DNA from: a virus
Lineage: Duplodnaviria > Caudoviricetes
Virus record (IMG/VR): IMGVR_UViG_3300036845_000466
Coordinates: 1 to 63,051 of that record
Length of the DNA: 63,051 nt
Direction: 5' to 3' (one strand)
Positions 46,806 through 55,040 of this stretch are shown here, piece after piece. The notes below the pieces were generated by a model, which was given only the letters and a program-made list of their open reading frames with translations, had not been told where the DNA came from and did not search any database. Each line of letters opens with the position of its first letter. Position 1 is the stretch's first letter. Both the position numbers and the translations under genes were made by a program.

Positions 46806-49800
46806 GCCGCTGCCCTCTCTCCCGCGACCTCGGCCGCGCGCTGCGATGCCTTCAGCCTGGCATGCTGGAAAACCGATTGCGGGTCCCCGCCCCAGTCGTT
46901 CAGTATCGAGTTTCGGACAGACGGCAGGATCTTCGCAAGCTCTGCCTGGTCAGTGGTCATGTCAGCGGCCACGTGCCGCGCCATGACCATGATCTTCTCC
47001 GAGGTGCCCTGCGCGTTCACCTCGTCGCTGATCCGCTGGATCTCTGCGAGCGTGGCCGGGTCGTCCTCGCCCTTGCCGGTCCGCATCTGCGCGACCAGCG
47101 ATGTCCACTCAAACGCCTGCCTGGTCTCGGCCGCGTAGTGGTCCCACGCGTTCCCCGAGCGAATCCTGGCCGGGGTGTTCACCACGGCGGCGTACTCGCT
47201 CATGGTCAGGTGATCGCTGACAGGTATGTCCATCATCTTGAACTGCTTTTCCTGGAGTCTGTCGACGGCTGCCTTGACGCCCTTTACCACAGCCCGCTCG
47301 TTCATCGTCGCCCACAGGGAGTTGTCCCGCAGCAGAGTGCGCGCCTGGAGGATAACGTCGTCCAGCACATAGGGATCATCTGTGTCGTCGAGCCGGCCGA
47401 CCCCGGAGATCAGTGCGTCCAACGCATTGGCCCTGGCCTCGGACGGCCGGACCTCGAGCAGCTTGTCCCGCAGCGACGCCAGGGCAGCCTGGGCATCCTC
47501 TTTGGCCGCCGTGAATTCGGGGCTGTCCCTGTCTGCCTGGGCCATCATCAGCGTCTTGCGGTCGCCGACGCCCTGCTGACGGAAGAAGTCAGCGGCGTGC
47601 TGGATGGTGCCCAGCTCGGTGAAGCCTTCCTCGATCTCGGCGGCGGCGTAGCTTCCCTGGTACGCCTGCTCGTCGCCGTTACTCTCCCGGTGCTGGCCCT
47701 CTGGCACCACCGCGTGGATCATCTCGTGCAGCGGGACGGTGTAGTTGTCCGGCGCCTCTATCGGCCGGTCAGGGTGCACCTGGTCTTCGCGCAGCCCCGA
47801 GACCACGGTCCTGAGCATCTCCATGTGCCCGTTCCAGTCCATCACCGCCAGCAGCGTTCCCCGCAGGCTGGGCCTGGTTCCCGGCGCGAAAATTGTCGGT
47901 GCCTTGCCGTCCCAGTCCAGGTGCCCGCCAGGGCCGAACAGGGCGGGCAGACTCTGTGCCGACTTGCTGGTCATGTCCTTGACCAGCTGTTCTCCTGGGG
48001 TGAGCGGGTGGGCGTCCTCGAATACCTGCGGCTTGGTCCGGGCGGCGCGCTCGGCCCGGTCGGCCGCGTTGAACAGGCTGTGCAGCGACGCGGTGTCAGT
48101 TTCGGTGTCGCTGACGCTGGCGTACCCGATCGCCAGGCCGATCTTGAACCTGGCCGCGTCCAGGTCGCCGCGCGCTGCCGCGTCCTTTGCCTCGACTAGG
48201 GAGTACCGCACGTCAGGGTCAGACGTGGTGTCGATGCGCGCCTGGAGCGCGTCGCGCAGCTTGCCGTTCGGGCCCATGAGCCCGGCGCCGTCGCGGACCC
48301 ATTCGCCGTGGCGGCCTCTTAGCTCATGGCGCCAGGCGTCGTGCCATCCGAGGGCGATGACCTGCGCAGCAATCCCGCCCGCAGAGCTTCCCCGATCTCC
48401 GCCGCCGCCGCCAGGCGCTCGTCCTCCGGCAGGTCCCAGTAGCCCGGGGGCACCGCCACGTGCACCTTGGTTGGCGTGGTCGATGATTCGTCCGCCACCG
48501 CTGCCTCCCGTGTTGATGGTGCTGAAGGTGTTGAGATCGAAGATCCCCACCTGGTCGCGCGCCCGGCCCAGCTGCTCAGCTGTCGCACGGTCTGGTACGT
48601 TCTGCGACGGGTCCAGCCACAGTTTACCGTCTTCGACCCACCCGCCGAGGTACATGTCCCGGCCCTGGAACGACTCGCGCTCGGCCATCAGCATGTCGTC
48701 GATCGCCTTGTGCAACTTCTCCGGGTCGTCCAGGATCGCGGCCGGGTAGCGGTGCGTGTGGCCGTCGAGCGCGACCATGTAGCCGCCGGACGGCGCCGAT
48801 CCGGAGTAGGGCGAGACGCTGAACCCCTCGCGCTCTTTCTCCATCACCTTGACGGCTTCGCCGACCCCGCCGAACTTCGTCCACCGGCCGTGCGAATCGC
48901 GCGGCTCCATCTGCCAGTCCAGCTCGATGACCTGCTGGCTGATCAGGTGCGGGGTGGCATCGAGCATGGTGGTGCCCGGGTACGTCGGGATTTCCTCGGC
49001 CGCCGCCAGCTTGCCCCAGGCCGCCCAGGAATTGCGCATCTGGGTGGCCTGACCTTTGTTGACGTTTCCTGACAGGTCGGCGGCCTCGTTCTCGTCCTGC
49101 TGCTGCAGCCAGGTGATCGCCTGCAGCTGGTGCGGGGCGACCGTCACGCCGTCTCTCTGGCTGATCATCTTGGCGGCCAGGCGGTACTGGTCGGCTACGT
49201 AGGCGTAATGACGCTCTTTGCCGATCGGGGCGAGGTCCGCTTCCTTTTTCGGCAGCCGCTGGCCGATGGCCACCGTCATGGCGTGCCGGTCAATCACCAC
49301 GTCGCCCTGATCGTCGCCGGGCATGTCGCCGCCGTTGCGGATCAGCCTGGCGAACGCCCTGGTCTTCGGGCTTGAGTTGGCTACGTCGGCCGGAGCACCG
49401 TCGATCGCTTTCTGGGCGTTGGCCTGCATCGCCGTGGTGATCATGCCCTCGCCGGGGCCGAGGGCCCGGCCCATCTCGAGTGACCGGGCCGCGTTCATCA
49501 TGTTGGACGGCCAGCCGGTCTGCGGCGAGTATGCGGCCAGCACGCCGGCGCCCTTGTCCGCATTCCCTCCTGCGAGGGCTTTGGCGATCACGTGGGCGTC
49601 GGAGTACCAGCGCATCCCCTGCTGCTTGATCGGATCCGGCGCCCGGTCGTAGCTGGCGACGATGTGCTCCGGGCTGACCGGGTGCGCCTTGAAGAACGGG
49701 TGGTCGGCCGGGTCCGGCGGCCGGCCCCGGTCGCTGATCAGCCGCGCGTGGTCCGGCTGGCCGTAGTCCTTGCCTGCCTCGCCGAGCAGTTCCCCGGCCT

Positions 49801-50062
49801 TCGTCCACTCGCCGTGCTCGTTGCGCAGCTCGCCCGGGTTGTACCGCCAGCCGAACTCGACCGGCTCGTCAGGTTCTTCGATGACGGATATGTACCCGTT
49901 GTTCTTGCCTGACAGCGCCCGGTACGCCGCCTGCGCGCTGCCCTCGCGCCGGAGTACGTGATCCGCCATTCCCTGGATGCCACGGGTGGTGCCGCGCAGC
50001 CTGCTGCCTTCCATGTGAATCCGGCCGAGCACCCGGCCGCCGGAGTAGACCGCGAGAGACAT
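46802..50062 (-). CDS. polyvalent protein: HhH-GPD-like module, uncharacterised module and zincin metallopeptidase
   Basis: PKTRAF...VVIDRH...LQAITW; GYMVA...YLGGW...DQVGIFDL; HEMIH...EEGFTE; three R-x-x-H-G-x-W tags. Confidence 0.8.
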   Translation of the reverse strand: MSLAVYSGGRVLGRIHMEGSRLRGTTRGIQGMADHVLRREGSAQAAYRALSGKNNGYISVIEEPDEPVEFGWRYNPGELRNEHGEWTKAGELLGEAGKDYGQPDHARLISDRGRPPDPADHPFFKAHPVSPEHIVASYDRAPDPIKQQGMRWYSDAHVIAKALAGGNADKGAGVLAAYSPQTGWPSNMMNAARSLEMGRALGPGEGMITTAMQANAQKAIDGAPADVANSSPKTRAFARLIRNGGDMPGDDQGDVVIDRHAMTVAIGQRLPKKEADLAPIGKERHYAYVADQYRLAAKMISQRDGVTVAPHQLQAITWLQQQDENEAADLSGNVNKGQATQMRNSWAAWGKLAAAEEIPTYPGTTMLDATPHLISQQVIELDWQMEPRDSHGRWTKFGGVGEAVKVMEKEREGFSVSPYSGSAPSGGYMVALDGHTHRYPAAILDDPEKLHKAIDDMLMAERESFQGRDMYLGGWVEDGKLWLDPSQNVPDRATAEQLGRARDQVGIFDLNTFSTINTGGSGGGRIIDHANQGARGGAPGLLGPAGGRAPGGGGGDRGSSAGGIAAQVIALGWHDAWRHELRGRHGEWVRDGAGLMGPNGKLRDALQARIDTTSDPDVRYSLVEAKDAAARGDLDAARFKIGLAIGYASVSDTETDTASLHSLFNAADRAERAARTKPQVFEDAHPLTPGEQLVKDMTSKSAQSLPALFGPGGHLDWDGKAPTIFAPGTRPSLRGTLLAVMDWNGHMEMLRTVVSGLREDQVHPDRPIEAPDNYTVPLHEMIHAVVPEGQHRESNGDEQAYQGSYAAAEIEEGFTELGTIQHAADFFRQQGVGDRKTLMMAQADRDSPEFTAAKEDAQAALASLRDKLLEVRPSEARANALDALISGVGRLDDTDDPYVLDDVILQARTLLRDNSLWATMNERAVVKGVKAAVDRLQEKQFKMMDIPVSDHLTMSEYAAVVNTPARIRSGNAWDHYAAETRQAFEWTSLVAQMRTGKGEDDPATLAEIQRISDEVNAQGTSEKIMVMARHVAADMTTDQAELAKILPSVRNSILNDWGGDPQSVFQHARLKASQRAAEVAGERAAA

Positions 50063-50991
50063 CAGCTCTCCGTCCCGATGGCGTACTGGTGCATCTGATC
50101 AAAATTCATCATCATGTTCTGATACTCGTAGTCCATACCGTACTTCTCGAAATACGGCTTCAAGTTATTGAGCCCGGCCTGCCATTCTGTCCACTGCTCA
50201 GCCGGGAACTGCACCAGCGACTCGGGCTCGTTCCACAGATCCTCGCCGAACGGACCGGAGCCTGACTTGTAGTTGTCGACTTGCCAGGACAGGTTGCCGT
50301 GGTCGATAGGTACGGGCACGTCACCGTCTTTGGCTGTGTGGTGCACCATCCAGTTACCGAAATGCCGGTCGCCGTTGCCGGTCAGGTTGTCCAGGAGGCC
50401 GATCCGCTCGCCCTGGGGGCTGATGTACTCGTTGTACGGGTCATTGTCACCGAGAGGGTCCTCGTCCTCGTCGGTTCCGCCCATCCACTCGATAGCCGGC
50501 TTGGCACCCCTGGCGTACTCTTCCCACAGCTCAGGATCGGTGTCCGGCCCTGACCGCTGGGCTACCACGCCAGGCGCCCCGGCGCCGACGACATCAGAGA
50601 TACGCGATGCGACGATCTCGTTGGCCTCGGTCTGCATGCCCTGGCCGCGCTTACGGACCCACTTGTGGCCGTTGTTAAAGGTGACCACCTGCGTGTCCGC
50701 GCTGTTCCCGAAGTAGTTGGCGTTTCCGCCTGCCTGCACCAGGCCGCGCTTGGCGTGCGGCTGGCTCTCGGACTTGATGCCGCTCTCCTGGTCCGCCGCC
50801 AGCTTCGCCAGCAGCTCCTGCTCGCGGTGCTCCGGGTCGGGCCCGTGCTGGATGTGCGGCATTCCCGGGAACGTCTCCTGGAGAAAACCGTGGCCGAGCC
50901 CCTTGACCCACTTGCCGTCCCGGCCGCGCCGTTCAGTAAGCCAGGCGGTATCCCAGCCTGCGAACTCGGTGACCTGCTGAGAGATCAGCAC
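50062..50991 (-). CDS. HipA/PI3K-PI4K-like kinase
   Basis: VRK lysine, NEIVASRI, LDNLTGNGDRHFGNW catalytic loop, PIDHG. Confidence 0.82.
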   Translation of the reverse strand: MLISQQVTEFAGWDTAWLTERRGRDGKWVKGLGHGFLQETFPGMPHIQHGPDPEHREQELLAKLAADQESGIKSESQPHAKRGLVQAGGNANYFGNSADTQVVTFNNGHKWVRKRGQGMQTEANEIVASRISDVVGAGAPGVVAQRSGPDTDPELWEEYARGAKPAIEWMGGTDEDEDPLGDNDPYNEYISPQGERIGLLDNLTGNGDRHFGNWMVHHTAKDGDVPVPIDHGNLSWQVDNYKSGSGPFGEDLWNEPESLVQFPAEQWTEWQAGLNNLKPYFEKYGMDYEYQNMMMNFDQMHQYAIGTES

Positions 50992-50997
50992 CGCGCC

Positions 50998-53529
50998 TCA
51001 CAGCGCCTTGGCCTGCGCCATCGCCGCGCGGTACTGGTTCTGCAGCTGGACGATCTGCGTGTTCAGCGCCGCGATCTGGCTCTTCAGGCCGGCGGCGCTC
51101 GTGGACGATGCAGCCGTGGTCGACTTCGAAGTAGAAGCAGTAGAACTTTTGGCAGCGGTAGAGCTGGTAGAAGCGGTAGAGCTGGGCGTCGTAGCCGCGC
51201 TGCTCTTGGTGGTCGAGGCGCCGCTGGACGTGGTGCTGCCAGCCTGGCCGCTGCTGGTCTTGCCCGACGCACTGGCCAGGGCCTTTCGCAGGGCGTCCCG
51301 CTGAGCGATCAGTGCGTCGGCCTTGGCCCGGTACCCGGCCGCCTGCTTGATCAGCGCGGCTTTCTTCTGCGCGTTGCTGCTGGTCTTGGCCGGGGCCTTG
51401 GCCGTCGCTGCCTTGGTGGTGCGCGGGCCGCCCTTGCTCGAGGTGGCCGGGGTCGTCTTCGATCCGCCGCCTGAGCCGAACGTGCCGAGCGGGGTCCGGC
51501 TGTCCTGCGCCGCGCCCGCTGCCGTGCCGGTCAGCTCGATGATCCTGCGTGCCAGCTCCTGCCGTCCGCCGGTCTCCCAGCTGGCCGCGATATTACGGCT
51601 GGCTCCTGCCCGCGCCCGCGCAGTTGACCGGGCGTGGTTGGCACCTGCCTGCGCCCGCGCCAGCGCGCTGCCGCCGGCGGCGTACTTCTGTGCAGCTGCC
51701 GTTCTGGACCTGTATTCAGGCGTTGCGGCGGGCAGGGCTGCCAGGCCGTGCCCCTTCGGCAGGGCGGAGAGCTTGTCTGCGGCTGCTGCCAGGCGGCCAG
51801 AGTACGCCGGGTCGGCCCGCTCGGCTACGGCGGCGCTGCGCAGCGTGCCGGCGTGCACGCGGGCAAGCGACGGCTGCTTGCGGTCGATCATGGTGGCCGC
51901 GCGCCGCAGCGCCCGGCCGGTGTCAGACTCCGGCGCCCCGGGGCGGTCGGTGCCCGAGCCCACGCTAGTGGCCTCGCGGCTGGCCGGGCCTTCGGCCGAC
52001 CCGCGCAGGGTGGCGTAGTTGTGCTGCTGGTGGGCGTCGGCTTCGGTCGCCAGCCGGCGCAGCTCGGCGGCGTGCTCGGCGCTGCCGGGGGCGGCCTTCA
52101 TCGAGCTGCGGGTCTCTGCTGCCTGGCTGGCCCGGTGGCTCTTCACCAGGGCGCGGTCGATCGCGGACAGCCCGGCGCCACGTGACCACTTGCCGTCCCG
52201 GCCGCGCGGCTGCATCGGGTTGTACGCCAGCTCGATGATCTTGGCCGCCAGCTGCCTGTTCGCGGTCATCGCGTCTCCCTGGTTCGAGTGCGCGTGAGCG
52301 CGTGCCTGCTTGGCCCGCCAGTCAGCATCCGACGCAGCCGAGGCTGCGCGGACCTCGGGCTTGGTGTTCTTGCCGACTTCCCAGCGCTTAGTGGCGCCGC
52401 GCGCGATGGCGATGGCCTCGCTCAGCGTCTTGGCCCGGCCGGTCCGCAGCAGCGCGTGCGCGATGTTCTGGACGTAGGGCGGCAGCTCCATGTCTTTGAC
52501 GTGCCAGAGCCCCGGGCCGCCCGGCTTGCCGAACGGGTGCGGCACGCTCGCCAGGCGGGCGGTGTCAGCGGACAGGCCGATGGCCGTGGTCAGGTCGCCG
52601 TTGGCGGTCTGGATGGTGCCGCCGTACTGTCCCCGTGACTTCAGCTCCTGAAGAGACTGGTTGACCTTGCCCTTTTCTTTGAGCTTCGCGGTTACCGCCT
52701 TGGCGGCGTCCTGTGCGCTCATTCCCCGGCTCATAAGCTGCTGCACGGTGGCTACGGCGTTGGCCGGTGTCACGTTGTTCAGGATCTGCTCGTGCTCTGC
52801 ACCGCTCGTGATGTTGGCTATGTCCCGCATAATCGGGGCGTTGACATCCGGGTCGCTCATGACCCCGGCTGTCAGTGCGCTGCGTGCAACGGAGTCTGCA
52901 GCGGCTTTGATCCATCCGTGGATATACCCCTTGGGGCCGACCAGTTCGATAGCCGTGGTCAGGTCGCCGTTGGACGCCGCCACCTGCTTGGACTTGTGCG
53001 GGTCTGTCAGCGCGACCGGCTTGGCCACCGCCGGGTCCGGGCCGCCGGAGTTGGTCCGGGCCGGAGCGTTCAGCGCCTTTTCGAACGGCTGGCGGGCGGT
53101 CGGCCGCTCGTCCAGGCTGTCGTCGCCCGGCTCGGGGCTGCTGTCGCCCTGACGCGGCAGCTGGTTGTTGTACGCCTGGGTGTCCTGCACGTCCTTGACC
53201 AGCAGCAGGTGCCGGTGGATCGCGTCCATCGAGCGCTTGGCGGCGTCGTGATGGTCGTCGGTGAGCAGGCCGTGCCGGCGCAGCGACTGCGGCGTCATGT
53301 TGCCGATCGCCGCGTTCAGGTGGCGCACCGCGCCCTCGGGCTGGTTGCGGTCGAGCGCGGCGGCGGCGTCGCGGATATGGTGGTGCGCGCCCATCTCCGG
53401 GTGCCTGGACTTCATGTCGTCGGCCAGCTTGCGCATCGACTGGGCCGTGGCCTTGCGCAGCGCGGCTACCGGCTTGTACGGGGGGACCAGCGGCGGGCGG
53501 TAGCCAGGGCGGGCAAGGTTGATCGTCAT
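50998..53529 (-). CDS. modular head-cluster protein
   Basis: 843 aa with several I-[EG]-L linkers, a PRGRDGKW tag, an S/T-rich tract and a terminal coiled coil. Confidence 0.78.
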   Translation of the reverse strand: MTINLARPGYRPPLVPPYKPVAALRKATAQSMRKLADDMKSRHPEMGAHHHIRDAAAALDRNQPEGAVRHLNAAIGNMTPQSLRRHGLLTDDHHDAAKRSMDAIHRHLLLVKDVQDTQAYNNQLPRQGDSSPEPGDDSLDERPTARQPFEKALNAPARTNSGGPDPAVAKPVALTDPHKSKQVAASNGDLTTAIELVGPKGYIHGWIKAAADSVARSALTAGVMSDPDVNAPIMRDIANITSGAEHEQILNNVTPANAVATVQQLMSRGMSAQDAAKAVTAKLKEKGKVNQSLQELKSRGQYGGTIQTANGDLTTAIGLSADTARLASVPHPFGKPGGPGLWHVKDMELPPYVQNIAHALLRTGRAKTLSEAIAIARGATKRWEVGKNTKPEVRAASAASDADWRAKQARAHAHSNQGDAMTANRQLAAKIIELAYNPMQPRGRDGKWSRGAGLSAIDRALVKSHRASQAAETRSSMKAAPGSAEHAAELRRLATEADAHQQHNYATLRGSAEGPASREATSVGSGTDRPGAPESDTGRALRRAATMIDRKQPSLARVHAGTLRSAAVAERADPAYSGRLAAAADKLSALPKGHGLAALPAATPEYRSRTAAAQKYAAGGSALARAQAGANHARSTARARAGASRNIAASWETGGRQELARRIIELTGTAAGAAQDSRTPLGTFGSGGGSKTTPATSSKGGPRTTKAATAKAPAKTSSNAQKKAALIKQAAGYRAKADALIAQRDALRKALASASGKTSSGQAGSTTSSGASTTKSSAATTPSSTASTSSTAAKSSTASTSKSTTAASSTSAAGLKSQIAALNTQIVQLQNQYRAAMAQAKAL

Positions 53530-54215
53530 GCAGCTCTCCGGTATGTAGCGGCCTCCGGCAGGCCGAAGCTAGGAACCAGCCGGGCCCCGGGGAACGGAGA
53601 GCCCGGCTGGCACCGGCAGTGCGTGTGCACTGCGCCTGGGTAGCCGATCAGTGGCATGTGATCAGCGTAGAAGTTCCGGCCGTCTGCGGCCAGGCACTCC
53701 CTGCTTGTGTGCGCGTCGCGTTTTGCGTGCCAGCCCAGCAGCCGGCCGTACGTCATCGCCGCGCTGTCTGTCTGCGCGCCTGCCTGGCTGCGGTTCCAGA
53801 TGGCGACCAGGTGCTGCGCGTAGTACCGGCGCTCACGCTGTACCGACGCCGCCAGCTGACTGCTAATTGAGCGCCCCTGGCTGCGTGCGGCGGTCAGGTC
53901 GGCCCCGATCCGCCGGGCAGCGTTGATCGCGAACTGGGCGCGGCGGGTCAGGTTCAGCCGCTCGGTGGCCAGGGTGGCCGGGCCGTAGGCGCCGGTCTGA
54001 CCTGGCGGGAAGCTGATCACGATGTCGAGCGCGGCGAGCATGGCCTGCCTGGGCACGCCCACTGCCCGGACGGACTGGTAGACCCCGGCCACGGCCACGG
54101 CGGCCGACGTGGCGGTCAGCAGCGCCAGGCTGACCGCCGTGATCAGCGCAGCGTCACTCGGCGGCGGAGGCGGGGTCTGTGGCGGGGGCGGGGACTGCGG
54201 CTGGGTTGTCGGCAT
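53526..54215 (-). CDS. MuF/SPP1 gp7-like head morphogenesis protein
   Basis: W...D..TSREC...DG...PGAVHTHCRC. Confidence 0.82.
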   Translation of the reverse strand: MPTTQPQSPPPPQTPPPPPSDAALITAVSLALLTATSAAVAVAGVYQSVRAVGVPRQAMLAALDIVISFPPGQTGAYGPATLATERLNLTRRAQFAINAARRIGADLTAARSQGRSISSQLAASVQRERRYYAQHLVAIWNRSQAGAQTDSAAMTYGRLLGWHAKRDAHTSRECLAADGRNFYADHMPLIGYPGAVHTHCRCQPGSPFPGARLVPSFGLPEAATYRRAA

Positions 54216-54522
54216 ACGTAGTCACCCCCGCACGCTGAGTGCGGAAGATCATGACGCACCGCCAGACCAGGATGAAGAACACCAGGGCCAGGAACACCAC
54301 GTCGACCCAGGCCAGGGCGATCGAGTGCACCCCGAAGTCGTAGCGCAGAACAGATGCGAACGTGGCGCCGGCGATGCACAGGTCCAGCGAGATCATGTTC
54401 TGGCCCCACCAGTCGCGCCACCAGGGCCAGATGAAACCGATCAGCACCGGGAAGAGGACGGCAGCCCAGAATGTCGCGTTGACCGTCCACTCGATAGCGT
54501 CAATCAGCGGCTGGTTTGCCAC
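54154..54522 (-). CDS. putative holin (three TM)
   Basis: PWWRDWWGQNMI motif flanked by hydrophobic helices. Confidence 0.6.
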   Translation of the reverse strand: MANQPLIDAIEWTVNATFWAAVLFPVLIGFIWPWWRDWWGQNMISLDLCIAGATFASVLRYDFGVHSIALAWVDVVFLALVFFILVWRCVMIFRTQRAGVTTYADNPAAVPAPATDPASAAE

Positions 54523-54730
54523 TCTGCGTTCTCCGTCCTGCGATCAGCTGGTTGATCAGGGGCTGGATGTGATTGACCTTGTGCATGTCGCGCAACGGTA
54601 CCTCGACCTCCCGCTGCGTGACCTCCAGGCGCTGCTCGGCAGCCAGGCGCGCACTGCGGGCTTCTTCGAGCCGCTCTTCCTGCGTCACCGTCACTGACTG
54701 CTCCTGATTCCGCTGCCTGAAAAACCTCAT
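54500..54730 (-). CDS. small coiled-coil protein of the membrane trio
   Basis: EEARSARLAAEQRL...NHIQPLI. Confidence 0.65.
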   Translation of the reverse strand: MRFFRQRNQEQSVTVTQEERLEEARSARLAAEQRLEVTQREVEVPLRDMHKVNHIQPLINQLIAGRRTQSGKPAAD

Positions 54731-55021
54731 TCACTCCAGCTCCTTGCTGGCCTGGCGCAACCCCAGCATTACGTCACGGACAATCCGTCCCGTCGCATCG
54801 CTCGCGTCGCCTCTGGCCCGCTCAAGCTCGTACGCTTTTTTCCATTCGTCGCTGCGTGCCTCCGCGCTCTCCAGCTGCTTTGCATAGAGCGCGTCCCGGT
54901 CGTCCATCTGCTTTTTAGTTGATATCTGCCCCGTTACGAACAGAACAACAATTACTACGCAAACGCCGACTACACCGGCGCCGGCCCCGCCGAAGATCTG
55001 GAGCAGGTCACCGACCGCCAC
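54731..55021 (-). CDS. single-TM coiled-coil membrane protein
   Basis: N-terminal TM, then DEWKKAYELERAR. Confidence 0.7.
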   Translation of the reverse strand: MAVGDLLQIFGGAGAGVVGVCVVIVVLFVTGQISTKKQMDDRDALYAKQLESAEARSDEWKKAYELERARGDASDATGRIVRDVMLGLRQASKELE

Positions 55022-55040
55022 GTCTCACCTCTCACCGTTT

